Of a DNA stretch of 64,000 nucleotides, positions 1 through 13,140 are shown piece after piece; within the stretch, counting starts at the first letter, position 1; each line of letters opens with the position of its first letter. This DNA comes from Octopus bimaculoides. Its lineage: Eukaryota. A program made the position numbers and the translations under genes. Location of the stretch: the NCBI RefSeq assembly GCF_001194135.2, contig NC_068987.1:26841486-26905485 (forward strand). Direction: 5' to 3'. The notes beneath the pieces are model-generated. The model had not been told where the DNA came from. It searched no databases and worked only from the letters and a program-made list of their open reading frames with translations.

Positions 1-61
1 TATATATATATATATATATATATTTATGCGTGTGCATGTTTGTGCCTGTGTTTGTTTGTCT

Positions 62-245
62 CTACCACTATTGCTTGGCAAACGATGTCGGTGCGTTTGC
101 GTCCCTGTAACTTAGTTGTTCAACAGAAAAGACTGATATAATGATCACTAGGCTTACAGGGATTAGGTCCAGGCGTCAATGTCTTCGACTAAAGGCTAGT
201 GCTCCAGCATGGCCATCGTCAAATGACTGAAGCAACTAAAAGAAT
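62..245 (+). mobile_element. SINE family A, 3' half
   Basis: Shares ...ccgtaacttag...tactaggcttaca...cgactaaaggc.gtgctccagcatggcc..gtcaaatgactgaa.caa.taaaagaa with the copies at 23365-23805, 31930-32330 and 51920-52370. Confidence 0.8.
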
Positions 246-424
246 TGAGGAATAAGAGAAAAACTTTCCGTACCACTAAACCAAGAGGGTTCTCTGAATA
301 CGTACGATGTACTTTAAGGCTAAATAGTAATTCCGTTTACGTTTGCGTAACTGATATTTTAGTTGGATTTTATAGTTATCGGTTTTACACTTCTTTTTAT
401 ATTCTGTAACTGTCGCAATATGCT

Positions 425-868
425 TTTCTACTATAGGCACAAATCCTGAATTTTTTTGCGGCGGTGGGGTGAGGAGAAAGGGCCAGTTGATTAGATTTAT
501 CCCAGTATGCAACTGGTATTTAATTTATCGACTCCGAAAGGATGAAAGGCAAAGTCGACTTCGGCAGAATCTGAACTCAGAGCGTAAAGACATATGAAAT
601 ACCACTAAGCATTTCGCCCGGCGTGCTAACGGTCCTTATTTCTTTACTGCCACAAGGGGCTAAACATACAGGGGACAAACAAAGAACGACAAAGGTATTA
701 AGTCGATTAGATCGTCCCCAGTGCGTAACTGGTACTTAATTTACCGACCCCGAAATGATGAAAGGCAAAGTCGTCCACGGCAGAATTTGAACTCAGAACG
801 TAACTGCAGACGAAATACCGCGAAGTATTTCGCCCGGCGTACTAACGTTTCTGCCAGCTCGCCGTCTT
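425..868 (-). mobile_element. SINE family B, dimeric copy (head-core-tail1 / truncated head-core-tail2)
   Basis: Two tandem copies of the core (minus strand: ttctgagttcaaattc..gtcgactttgcctttcatc.tttcggggtcg.taaattaagtaccagtt). tRNA-like head ggcgagctggcagaaacgttag (A-box-like) with a GTTCAAATTC B-box. Confidence 0.85.
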
Positions 869-2439
869 TAACTGTCGCACTATCGAAACATTTCTCATGG
901 CACCAGCACACAATTTACAGATGCTTACATTTTTGATATTTTCCATGAATTTTTCACGGGTTCAGCTAGAATATATATATATATATGAGAGAGACAGAGA
1001 AAGAAAGAGAGAGAGAGAAACTTGCGCGTGTAATATGTTGAGGTTGATATCACATGACATTTTATATGAAACTCTTGCGTATCCATTGACTCAAACTTTG
1101 AGATGCAATTTGTAGAAAGATCGTATTTAAAAAAAAAATCCCACCAGTAAAGCACTGATATTTGTTTTAACAAACATAATAAATGAGTTGGTATTGACCT
1201 AGCTGATGTTGGAGTTAAATATTATTAGTTATTTAGTCTGACACTGTAACATTTCATTTCTTTTGCCAGAGCTATTATAACAAAGCATTGAACAATTATG
1301 TCTAACATCGGTGCAAATCACTATATTGTAGTACTGTGTATAGTAGTTTGATTGAAAGACATTCTATTATAAGTGTTTATTTATGCACCTACTCAGTCTT
1401 TGAATGAAATAATTCGGATGAGATTTGACCTCATTTTTAGGAAAATCGAAGCAGAATGTTGTTGACATTTCCTTTCTAACACTTCAACGACACTTGCATA
1501 ACTATAATAATTATTTCTAAGTTTGGCACTTAGCCAGGATGTTCGGTTATGGAGGTCAGGCATTGACCAACTAGTTGACTGCTACTAATACACATCATAA
1601 AAACCAGAAAGACGGAAGGAGAAAAAATCAATTCGAAAGTAATTTAAACTCCGAACGGAAAGGAAAAGAACCCTTAAAAACCAATAGGTATTTTACTGGA
1701 CTATATATTTATTCTGCTCTGCATTGTATTCATCCGCGTTACTAATAAGGTTTCTGTCATTGATACAATATTGTTAGTTTGGATAAAGTCGATAGATCAT
1801 TTGTAGTACATGACAGGGACTTGTTATCAACAGTCGAATGATGAAAGAGAAACTTTACTCAAACTGAGAAGGGTTTGATCACAGAACATAAGGAAGAATT
1901 CCGAAATGCTGCCAATGTTTCACCATGATAAAGACTATGTTAACCATTTCTATGGGTAATATCAGAATTCCGATGTATCGCGTAGGTTCTGCAACAATAA
2001 TGATAGTAAATCCAAAGTTTGTTGGGAATTACTAAGTTCGGTTACCGTGAACACTAATAGTAAAAATATCGTAGACTGCCACAAAAATAGCATACACTCT
2101 CAAAAAAGCCATCTTGCTGAAATGGCTGCTCTTCCATTTCAATGAATAGTTAACCGAATTTAGCGGAGTTTGAAATGATCAACCTCTCATTCCAAAGTTC
2201 TGCCAAAGCTCGGTAGACATTTCCACCCCACCAGAAAATGGCTGCTGCTTGTCTTCAACCAACTTTAGTTTGTTGTTGTATAACTGAGGTAGAGCAGTTG
2301 CCTTTTTATAACTGGCAGGCAATTTTGTTCAAGATAATCTGTGATGTTTGGTAATTAATTCAAATTGAGACACTAAGCTACACATTTTAGGGCTGAGTAT
2401 AATCGATTAAACCGATTCCAGTACTTGACTGGTGTATGG

Positions 2440-3210
2440 GTTAGTAACTGTAGAAACAGGATATCGGTCTGTAATTGATTACCATGTTGCCTTTTTCGAT
2501 GTTTTTCAGACACAGCACTATCCAATGTCAGCCATTCTGGTCGACATTTAACGAGGTGCGGAGTTGGGCAGCTGTTCGTGCATGAAGTTCACTATACCTT
2601 TTGATCCAGTATGCATGAACTCAATCTTGTCCCGGAGCCTTCCAGGTGGTCATTCTTCTTCTGATTTCATTCACCTCCCTAACTGAAATGACTAGTTCTG
2701 CCTGTTTTGGCCAGACTACTGTTTGTTTCAGTTCCTGCAACCATTCAGCATCCTTCTTGTGCTCCTTGTCTTTGCTCCAGGTGTCACTTCAAAACCTTTG
2801 ACTTTCAATGTTATCTAGTATCAACTTTTCATCTGTACACTCTCCAATTATTTCTTTATAGAATCTCTTCTGATCTATTCTGAATAACCTATTCTGGTGG
2901 TAACCCTTCATTCTTTGGTCGTATCTTACCATCTTTGTTTCCTTTGCAAAGAGGCGCTGTTTCAGTTCCTCCACTACTACTTTCAGGCCCTTTCTTTTAA
3001 TATTATAGTTCCTTTTCAGCGCCCTGTATTTTTTCGCTTTTAAGCTCCCCTTTCTCTTTTCGGTCTAACACAGAAATTTCCTTCGAGTGCATGTCTAACC
3101 CTGCCTGGATTCTTCTTTTCCACCATGGATCTTTTCATTTGTCACTCCCATTAAGTTTCTTTTTCTTGACATCAACACCCACATTTTCTGCTACTACAAT
3201 ACTTGCTGCC

Positions 3211-3213
<3 letters not shown>
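2440..3213 (-). mobile_element. R4/Dong-like RLE non-LTR retrotransposon fragment (pre-RT region and RT N-terminus), decayed
   Basis: Manual translation: KDPWWKRRI...EELKQRLFAKETKMVRYDQRMKGYHQNRLFRIDQKRFYKE...WKAPGQD*VHAYWIK...KGNMVINYRPISC. These are typical R4-clade motifs (WKAPGxD, NYRPI), with stops and frameshifts. Confidence 0.85.

Positions 3214-3299
<86 letters not shown>
3214..3299. repeat. (ATT)n/(TAA)n microsatellite
   Basis: Pure trinucleotide tract, directly visible. Confidence 0.98.
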
Positions 3300-4249
3300 T
3301 TATGTTTGACTTTTGTTTTGCATTTGTACAAGTTGGATCCAAGTATCACCCAGAGACCTCAAGAGACAACAAGTTAGAAGTTCATGTAGGTGTTATGCCT
3401 AGGGTACCATATATTTGGATTTGTACAGTTTTGTTCAAGTGAATGTTTAAGAAACCTTAAGAAAATTATGTGTTNNNNNNNNNNNNNNNNNNNNNNNNNN
3501 NNNNNNNNNNNNNNNNNNNNNNNNNNNNNNNNNNNNNNNNNNNNNNNNNNNNNNNNNNNNNNNNNNNNNNNNNNNNNNNNNNNNNNNNNNNNNNNNNNNN
3601 NNNNNNNNNNNNNNNNNNNNNNNNNNNNNNNNNNNNNNNNNNNNNNNNNNNNNNNNNNNNNNNNNNNNNNNNNNNNNNNNNNNNNNNNNNNNNNNNNNNN
3701 NNNNNNNNNNNNNNNNNNNNNNNNNNNNNNNNNNNNNNNNNNNNNNNNNNNNNNNNNNNNNNNNNNNNNNNNNNNNNNNNNNNNNNNNNNNNNNNNNNNN
3801 NNNNNNNNNNNNNNNNNNNNNNNNNNNNNNNNNNNNNNNNNNNNNNNNNNNNNNNNNNNNNNNNNNNNNNNNNNNNNNNNNNNNNNNNNNNNNNNNNNNN
3901 NNNNNNNNNNNNNNNNNNNNNNNNNNNNNNNNNNNNNNNNNNNNNNNNNNNNNNNNNNNNNNNNNNNNNNNNNNNNNNNNNNNNNNNNNNNNNNNNNNNN
4001 NNNNNNNNNNNNNNNNNNNNNAGGCATGATTTTTGTCTGAAGACTTTCAGTATGATGTCTGGCCTATTTGCGTCTATCTTTCTGTCAGTTTGAATGGTGA
4101 AGTTCCAGAGGAGTGCAATGTGATCATTTTCAAGTACTGGGGGTGGTTTGTGTTCCCACCAGTTTTTATCATGGGGCAAGTCCAGGTTTTTGCATATTAC
4201 CCAGTGAATATATTGTGCAGCTCTATCATGCCTGTTGAGATACTCTGTA

Positions 4250-4250
<1 letters not shown>
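3300..4250 (-). mobile_element. 5'-truncated R4/Dong-like element: RLE endonuclease region and 3' UTR (N-gap 3475-4021 inside)
   Basis: EYLNRHDRAAQYIHWVICKNLDLPHDKNWWEHKPPPVLENDHIALLWNFTIQTDRKIDANRPDIILK gives RHD and the RPD of the PD..D endonuclease. The 3' end ...aaaagtcaaacataa runs directly into (TAA)n. Confidence 0.85.
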
Positions 4251-4332
<82 letters not shown>

Positions 4333-4427
4333 GTATCATCATCATTATCATCGTCTTCATCGTCATCATCGCTACAATCATCATCATCATCATGATTATT
4401 ATTATCATTATTTTTACTAGAAATCAT

Positions 4428-4484
<57 letters not shown>

Positions 4485-4620
4485 TGTAACAACGCCACCA
4501 CAATCATTATGATGATGATGATGATAGTGACGATGAAGCTGATGATGATCACCATCATCATCGTCATCATTATCATCACCACCACCGATACCATCATGAT
4601 TGTTATTATGGCAATGTCCG
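4251..4620. repeat. Compound trinucleotide microsatellite (ATT)n-(CAT)n-(AAT)n-(GAT)n-(CAT)n
   Basis: Directly visible; source of the poly-I/N/D/H ORFs. Confidence 0.95.
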
Positions 4621-5024
4621 ATGCTTGTAACACAGTGATCAAAGACAGATAATGCAATAAAATACAATACTGTTGTAGACGAAATATTCGATGCAGACGC
4701 ACACTCTGTTTCCCCTATTTCTCTCAAAAATACATAGAAACATATATATGGAGATATAAAAATTCATACAAGTATGAAATTAAAATGTGTAATATATTCA
4801 AACGCACAAAAATACACAGTTATCACCCACCACACCCACCTTTATATATATATATATATATATATNNNNNNNNNNNNNNNNNNNNNNNNNNNNNNNNNNN
4901 NNNNNNNNNNNNNNNNNNNNNNNNNNNNNNNNNNNNNNNNNNNNNNNNNNNNNNNNNNNNNNNNNNNNNNNNNNNNNNNNNNNNNNNNNNNNNNNNNNNN
5001 NNNATATACAAACATATATATATG

Positions 5025-5073
<49 letters not shown>

Positions 5074-5232
5074 ATGCCTATTGGCGTGACTTTGTACTTG
5101 ATTGTGTGTTTATAACAATATCCTTTATACTCTTACATACATACTCACAACTGAACAAATATATATATATACACAATTTATACATACTCCGAATTCTGTA
5201 ATGTAATAATTATTTTTCTCTTTCTTTTTCTT

Positions 5233-5307
<75 letters not shown>

Positions 5308-5356
5308 GTTTTCTTATTGCTGTTTTGTTGATGTTCTTATTATCACTGTTGGTGTT

Positions 5357-5389
<33 letters not shown>

Positions 5390-7189
5390 GTCATCATCAT
5401 CAACATCATCATCATCTTCATCATCATCATCGTCGTCAGCATTATCATCCTCATCATCACCACAGTCGACAAATCAACGTTTTTGGAAATCTGTTCAATG
5501 ATAGATCACGCCCTCTCTATACAAATTGACAAAATTGCTTTGAATATCTCGCCTGTTTACTCTAATGTACAATGACACGTATATTTGCTTTCGTTGTTAT
5601 GCTGCCACTGCTTCTGTTAGCTTTATGTTCGAGGAAATCAAACGATACATTCAGGCACAGCGAGGCTTGAAAAAGAAAAACATCCGCGTAATGAAGCAGT
5701 GTTAGATTCTGAACAAACAAACATCCTCCAAACATGAATTCATTCAGTCTGTGAAATGTATGCGCTTCGATGCATTTTTACAAACGCATCATTTTGCAGT
5801 GTTCTAAACACACACAGACACTGAGACGGATTTGAAAGGAGGAACAGGTCTAATAAATAAATAAATAAATAAAAGTTTTAAAAGAAATATAGATTAAATC
5901 TACCTAAATGATGGATTAATCAAAGCATTCAAATATAATTCTTATTTTAGATAAGAAGTATTCCTTAAGTAAGCCCCTGTTGCAGCAAAAAACTGCAAAT
6001 GAATAAATAAAACATAAAGAAAATAAAGTAAAATAAAAACGAAAATATGAGACGCTCGGTTACACCCAATCTTATCTTAGCAAAGTTGTTAGCACGCGTA
6101 TTGATTGCTCGTCGCTTTTCAGTTAGTTTGTTCTGAATCTGTTCTCGTCACACTTCACTTATTTGCATTTAGTGAGGAATTAATTTTTTTTTCTGCTGCT
6201 CACTCTTGCATAGGCGTAGCTTCTTATGCGTTTTATTTATTTACTAAGGATCTGTCTTTCTGGATTTTCCTATAAAAAAAAATCGAAATAATATATTAAA
6301 TACAAGAGAAATAAAGGCATAGTGTTTGTTTTTTTATTTGTATGGCATATAAAAATAAAAAGTGACTAGCACCTGTTTTCCGAACAACAGGTACAGCGAA
6401 TACCATACTGAATTAGTAATCGACAGAGTGTGTCCCTGCTTTCATTCTCACTCGTATATCTGGTTTCCTTATCAAGATAAACAGATAGGTAAGAGCAAAT
6501 ACACAAATTAAATTCCGACACTTGTTAAATTACATTAACAGCTATTCGTGATTGTATATTTGAAATGAAATTATATGGCAGTAAACTGCGTCATGTAAAT
6601 TGGAAAGATCCATGAATACATTTAATTTCAAGTCAAAAACATTTGTTGAGTATGTATGTTTGAATAGAAGGTGAAGTCGACTTTGAAATGCTTTCACACC
6701 TTTTTTTTTTATAGAAAATCTCGATATAGCCCTATTTGTGGTGTGTGTATAATAAAGGATAATGAGCACATGATAAAATATACACGATATAAAGTGTAAT
6801 ACACATTGTACACCAACGCAGTGTGGATACATAATAAAGTCTTCTGTTAAACGAAGTGTTCATGTACATTTTATTAGCTTTCAGAATAATCACCTGGCCC
6901 CTGCATTCTATTCATTTACATTATTCTCATATTTTAATCGATTATGTCATTTACTACATATGGGTGTATGTATGTTTGTGTGCGTGTGTACATAAATATG
7001 TATACATATATTCACAAGCCAGCTTACCTGTATAAGTTTATGCGAGAGATATGCACACAAATCATACAGCCAGGTAAACATATACTTCTAAAAAATGCGA
7101 TTCAAATGTCCCATGCAGTTCTAGTCGCTAATTTAGAGAAATGAGTAAGTCTCAGAATAAAATATTGGTTTCATATTTTGCCACAAGGG

Positions 7190-7380
7190 CAACATTTTCG
7201 TGTGAGCGTGTCGACCTCAGCGATCAACACTTACTTATTTTACAGAATCCGAAAGAATGAAATGCAATTTGACTCCAGCAGCATTTGAACTCAGAAAGTC
7301 TGTAAGCATTTTAATGATAAATTTCTGTAAGCATTTTTACCAGTGAGGTAAGAATTCTGCCTGCTCGCCGTCCCACCAGA
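7190..7380 (-). mobile_element. SINE family B, degenerate copy
   Basis: tttgaactcagaaag...taagcatttt...attctgcctgctcgccg matches the family B head and core. Confidence 0.65.
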
Positions 7381-7942
7381 ATGAAATATATTCTGCTCTC
7401 TGAGATTTTTTTTCAATTCATATTGGTGTTTTCGTTCGCTTCCATCTACGCGGAGGCAATAAATAAAATCATTATTGCGTTTTATTAAACCGTCTCCTTT
7501 CTTTCCACCATAATTTCTGGTTGTAAACAATACTGTTGACTTTCAGGTATGCCACACTAGGTATGTCCTTATATTCATCGCATTTCCGAATTATTTCAGT
7601 GAAATAAGAGACAAAATGACACCAGAACAGAAGCGGCTTATATTTTACGGTCAACGATGGAGAGAAAATCAAAAATGAAAACAGCAGTACTAGATCTCAT
7701 GCCGTAAGTACACTGAACTAGAGAAATTCAATTATACTTCGGAAGACTTCAGAATAACCAGTACTTAGTCCGGCGTTTCATTATTGCTGCCATTTCAACG
7801 GGTTATGAAAAAAAGTTTCACATATCAGTGGATTTGAATGCAAGCATCCGGAGCTCCGTGCCAAACGATGCAAAGGTTCAACGAAAAAATGTGACGTTCA
7901 TAGAAGGCAATCAAATTTTCGTTTTACACGCGCACATACACA

Positions 7943-8013
<71 letters not shown>

Positions 8014-8525
8014 ATACAGGTAGACATACATACACATATACACAGATGCACACACACACAGTCAGACAGACAAACACACACACACATATATATATACATA
8101 TATATACTTCAAAATATGTTAATGTGTGTGTATACGTACATGTGTTCGGTGAAAATGTATATGTTTTCCATTAAATACACAACTACCTTTATATTATTCA
8201 TCAAATTTATAACCAGTTTTCACTCGGTTCTAATAGTTAATATTAAGTTGGATTTTGGAAATTTTTGAGTGGCGCATCTCATTCATCATGATGGGAAGAA
8301 TTTCTTCTTTCATTTCTCTATTTCGTTGTCTGCTTAATTCTTAAGGAATGTGCTATTTACTAAATGCTTAATTAAGGATCTCTTGTTAGATTTGAATATA
8401 ATTATCATCCAAGAATGAATGTTACTACATAATATCTGCCTCAGGTTGCATACATCATCACCATGCTGCATGTATGTATGTATGTATGTATGTATGTACA
8501 TACATATATATATATATAAATTTAC

Positions 8526-8573
<48 letters not shown>

Positions 8574-8829
8574 CTTGTTAGAAAACCATGAAGACGTGTA
8601 AGGCAACTTATATGTTTGACTTAAATTTGACAGTCCAATATAGCCTTATACAGAAATGTTGACATAGGAATAAATTACAATAATAATGGATATTAGCGTC
8701 AAATCTCTATCTTAAATTTAAATTTAAAACTTTGTATATATATATATATGTATGTATATATATATATATTGTTGTATTTGTGGATGGTCATGTTGCCAGT
8801 TTAGCCAATCAAAAATCTTGCAAAACAAA

Positions 8830-9060
8830 AATAATAAATAAATGCACCCTTTTAAAGCCTAGCCAGCTCATGGGTCCGGTTTCCTGGTTTTTATGGCGTA
8901 TGTCCATCGCAGGTTACTCATTTTTGCCAACTGAGTGGACTGGAGCAACATGAAATGAAGTGTTTTGCTCAAGAACACAACGCGTCGCCCGGTCCAGGAA
9001 TCGAAACCACAACCTTACGATCATGATGCTGACACCCTAACCACTAAGCCACACGCCTAC
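8830..9060 (-). mobile_element. SINE family C (tRNA head plus CORE-like segment)
   Basis: Minus strand: gtggcttagtggttagg (A box), ggtttcgattcc (B box), gtgttcttgagcaaaacactt, ccagtccactcagttggcaaaaatgagtaacctg. Related copies at 10060-10345, 21400-21500 and 37515-37815. Confidence 0.85.
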
Positions 9061-9116
9061 CCACATATGTATATGTAATTATATATATATATATATATAT
9101 AAATACATATATTAAT

Positions 9117-9155
<39 letters not shown>

Positions 9156-9486
9156 CATAAATATACATATATATATATAAACAATGCATATATATATTTT
9201 ATGTATATATACACTGCCTTCAAAGTCTTATGTTGTTCATTGCTCAAAATAAAGAATAGAAGGACAGCTGCCAACTGATGAAGCCTCGTTTTTTATGTTA
9301 CTTGTCTTGTTTTCCATTTGCATTTCTCTCGTTCTTAGCGTTATTTTCGTATTACATGTTGTTTACGTTTTGTGACGTCCTGTATCCATATATGCATACC
9401 TATATACATACATGTCCGAAACAAGTAAAACAATAAAAAGCTATGCCCGTTTAATCCAGACCAACGTCGGGTATCTCTCCAAATAT

Positions 9487-9575
<89 letters not shown>

Positions 9576-10059
9576 TATCAGAGAATCCTAACGATATACT
9601 TATGAGCAGTATGAAGAAGTGTCTTAATATATTTTTAGAACGTAGAGTATATAGTTTTATATGAATATGGATTCTATAATAACAAATACATTTAACGATT
9701 GCTTAAGTTATTTCAAAGTTCAATTTTATATTACATAATATTATACTATGGTCATGAGATCAGGTTATGGAAAAAGAAAAATTATGGTATACAAAGATAC
9801 ATTTTTTTCGGAAACATCTGCAGCATCTATTTGTAATTGTTACACAATAGATATTTATAAAAGGAAGTTACATTAGGTTGGAAAGAAAGTTCTCTGACAT
9901 TTTTCATATCGGGGTGCATTTCCAACACTTACGGTAAGATAAGCATTGATATTTATCTAGTAATATTATGTTCTTCTTTCTTTGCAGATTACTTTATACC
10001 ATAGCGCTGAAATTCACATTGATTTTACACTTTTAAACTGAGTTTATGTTCGGCACATA

Positions 10060-10345
10060 TCAGACACCACATGCTGTATGTAAAGGTAAATGTAAATTTG
10101 CTTTCTCAAGTCATGCTGACGTATAAGGGCTGGTTTCCAGGTTTCCATGTCAAATGAATATCTCACCCGGAAGGGATGCCGTTCCGTCACAGGTTTATTC
10201 AGTTTTGCCAGCTCAGTGAACTGGAGCAATGTAAAATGAAGTGTTTTGCTAAAAAACACATCGTGTAGCCTGTTCTAGGTATCGAAACTACAATCTTACG
10301 ATCATGAATCCAACACCGTAAACATTATGTCACCTCACTTCACAT
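10060..10345 (-). mobile_element. SINE family C copy
   Basis: Shares actggagcaa..tgaagtgttttgct.aa.aacaca..tcgaaac.acaa.cttacgatcatga with 8830-9060. Confidence 0.75.
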
Positions 10346-10379
10346 AGGGGTTTTTCAGTAATGAATACAGCAAAATTAT

Positions 10380-10990
10380 ATTTGCTTTGTCTTTGGAGCT
10401 AAAACTTTTTTGTGTCCGGTCAGGCTAAGTATAGTGTGGAAAAGTGTCTACTTTTTTATCATACCTAACGAAACTGACAATGTTTCGCAACGAATGAAAT
10501 AAGGAAATCTATTCTCCAGGTGGAACCATAGCCGAAAAATGTGACATACCTTGTTTCATAGGCTATGAAGAATGAATAATATGAACGATACGAAAATGTA
10601 CTGTCGTGTGTTGGAAGCGTACCAAACAATTTGCAGAAAAAGTGCTCATGATTGGTCAGTTGTGAAGGCATGAATATCATTGATCAATCGTGAAGACATG
10701 TGGCTTTCGTACGATAATGCAAGGCGACATTGAGTGTACCATTCAGGACAAGTTTATAGAAGTTTTGCCTCATGTTACTTACGCTCCTATCGTTGCTATA
10801 TCCGACTATCATCTTTTAGAATTATAACAGCATTATTTATAGGGAAAACAGTTTGTTTATTATGAAGTGGTTAAAAATTATCTTTGCTCCGCTCCGAAAC
10901 CTGTAAAGTAGTACGCCTGAAAGATCAATTAGCTAAAAAGATGGGATTATTTTATCAATAATGAAGGGAAATGTTATCTTGATTGAATAT
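10380..10990 (+). mobile_element. mariner (DD34D) transposase remnant
   Basis: tacgataatgcaaggcgacat = YDNARRH (HDNARPH motif). gaagttttgcctcat...tccgactatcatctttta = EVLPHVTYAPIVAISDYHLL (YSPDLAPSDYHLF motif). Many stops. Confidence 0.75.
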
Positions 10991-12454
10991 ATCAATTAAG
11001 ACGAAAGCGGCGTTCATTTCTTTTCCATTCTGGAATGTGGGAGTACGTTCTTTCTAACCTGATACACTGATATTCAATGGTAAATGAAAAAAACAAAAAC
11101 ACAATCAGGCACGTCACATGACACAACTGACAATTAAATTATTTGAGCTATAATGAACGATCTAAACAAACAATCCTAATATTCAATTATCAGTACTTAA
11201 CTATCGTTATATTTATATGATTGTACTATATTAAAGCCGAGATAGGAGAAGATTTTTCATTAGGAAATTAATATTTGCTGTTTGTTTTATCATTTATTAA
11301 GACGGCATAAATTATTAAAACTATTATTTGTTCATACTTAGAAAGAAACGCATTTTGATATATTAATTTGAAGCTAAATCTATCTACATAACACAGTATA
11401 TGACACAGAATATATATATGTGGGTGTGTGCCTATATATTCTGAAAGATACAGACATACCCATCTATTTACATCTATTCTAAAAATAATTAATGAAGCCA
11501 GTGTTCATAAACCGTTATTGGCTTTAAGTTTATATCATATTACTAATAAATACACAATTATACGAAAACATTTATGGCTTTGCCAGTTCGAATACAATTC
11601 ATGGTATGTCAGTCGATAGACGGGTAATGCAGAAGAGCTTTATATTTCAAAACACACTTCTTTAAATGAAAACTTAAGGTCCCAGCACGGAAATGATATT
11701 TGTTTTATATATAAATATATATCCCTTCATCTCAGTACACTCATTTCTAAAAGCAGACATGCGCATATAACTTGATATATCAAGCCTGTCCCAATATATA
11801 GGTGCTAATTAAATTAGTTCTAAATGTGAAAATATATCCATGTGTCTTCACACGCAATTCTTAAATGATTTATGTCTATACAAAGTTATATATCAAAACT
11901 TACAAATTAACACATATATCACGTTCGTTCTAAAATTTGCCTCAGCAATTATAATTATGTATGCATATTTACATTTATATACCCTGACCCTATATATTTA
12001 AACATATAAATAAATACTCATAAACGCTAAATTTCGATGCAAGGCTTTGCTTCACATACGTACATTGATATATCCCTGCTCATAGTTACACATTAGGTGC
12101 ATGTGGTTTAAGCAATATAGTCTTCTTCAAATGTATTCACACAAATGTATGCGTGTATGTGTGTGTTTACGCATGTGTATGTATGTATATCGTAACAACC
12201 TCAGAAGCCGAATGTAGGAGAGTTGATTTCTAAAATGTCGGATTGTCCATTTCTAGTGACCTTCCTACTAGTTATATTCGTAGGATTTACGAAATAGTTT
12301 TACACGGTGACTAAGAAGAATTTATGGAAACTCATTGAACGCAGAGGTCATCAAGTTGCTTGAGGAAATATATAAACAAATAATTTGGAACAACGAGGTC
12401 TCAATCCCCTTCCCAGTTGGAAATGAGTTGCAGAGAGTAGTCGATTACTCAAAC

Positions 12455-13140
12455 GTATTCTGTGCATGATCTTCAGAATGGTGCTCGTAAATATCACAAA
12501 GGACCTTAATAAAAATTGTTTCTACATCGGATACTGAAACAATGGCTGCTTGTTTACCTTGAGGCAGTCCCACATTCTGATTTATGACACAAAGAGACCA
12601 CATCCCTGAACAATCTTTGCTAGCGATGTTGTGTTTGCTTCCCATGCAGTGTCAATACCGCAATGTATAAAATCCTTTTCTGTAGAGGTTGCTAAATTTT
12701 TCCCTGTGCAAATCAACTTGAAGAATACTGAATTTCACAATCAACAAGCACTTCAGAAACATTACCGCCCTTGCATTATTATCTCCGAAAGAGAGTTGAA
12801 GACAATCCCTATACTCAACTATCTGGAGTTTATCATCTCATGAAAAGCTTGACAAAAGTTATTAGATAGACAGACAAAAACAAATATCAAATTTGGCAGG
12901 CTGTGCAAAGCATTCTGGAACCACACACATCTGAGACAAAACAACAAACCAAAGTGTATAGAATCCTTGTACTCAGCACTTCCTTGTACTGAGCAGAACT
13001 GGGTTACCTGTATCAAAATCAACAGCTTCTTCCATGCTTCTTCTTGAACAGCCACCACACTATATCCAAGATCCCCTAGAGTAATTGTGTTAGCAACACT
13101 AAACATCTTGAACGTACAGTCGGAGGCACCAAAATCAAGG
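12455..13140 (+). mobile_element. RTE-clade (BovB-like) LINE reverse transcriptase fragment, decayed
   Basis: MVLVNITKDLNKNCFYIGY*NNGCLFTLR...FASDVVFASH...QINLKNTEFHNQQALQKHYRPCIIISERELKTIPILNYLEFIIS...KFGRLCKAFWNHTHLR. Colinear with the RTE consensus YIRYRTDGxLFNLRR...FADD...SLKKTEV...FTYLGS.IS...AFGRL..RVW. Confidence 0.85.

Noticed and set aside
2040-2360. Coding-like island (QQPFSGG, PIF1/Helitron-like; alternative frame RALAELWNERL)
   Set aside because: Stops in all frames and motif spacing inconsistent; cannot be assigned without a profile search.
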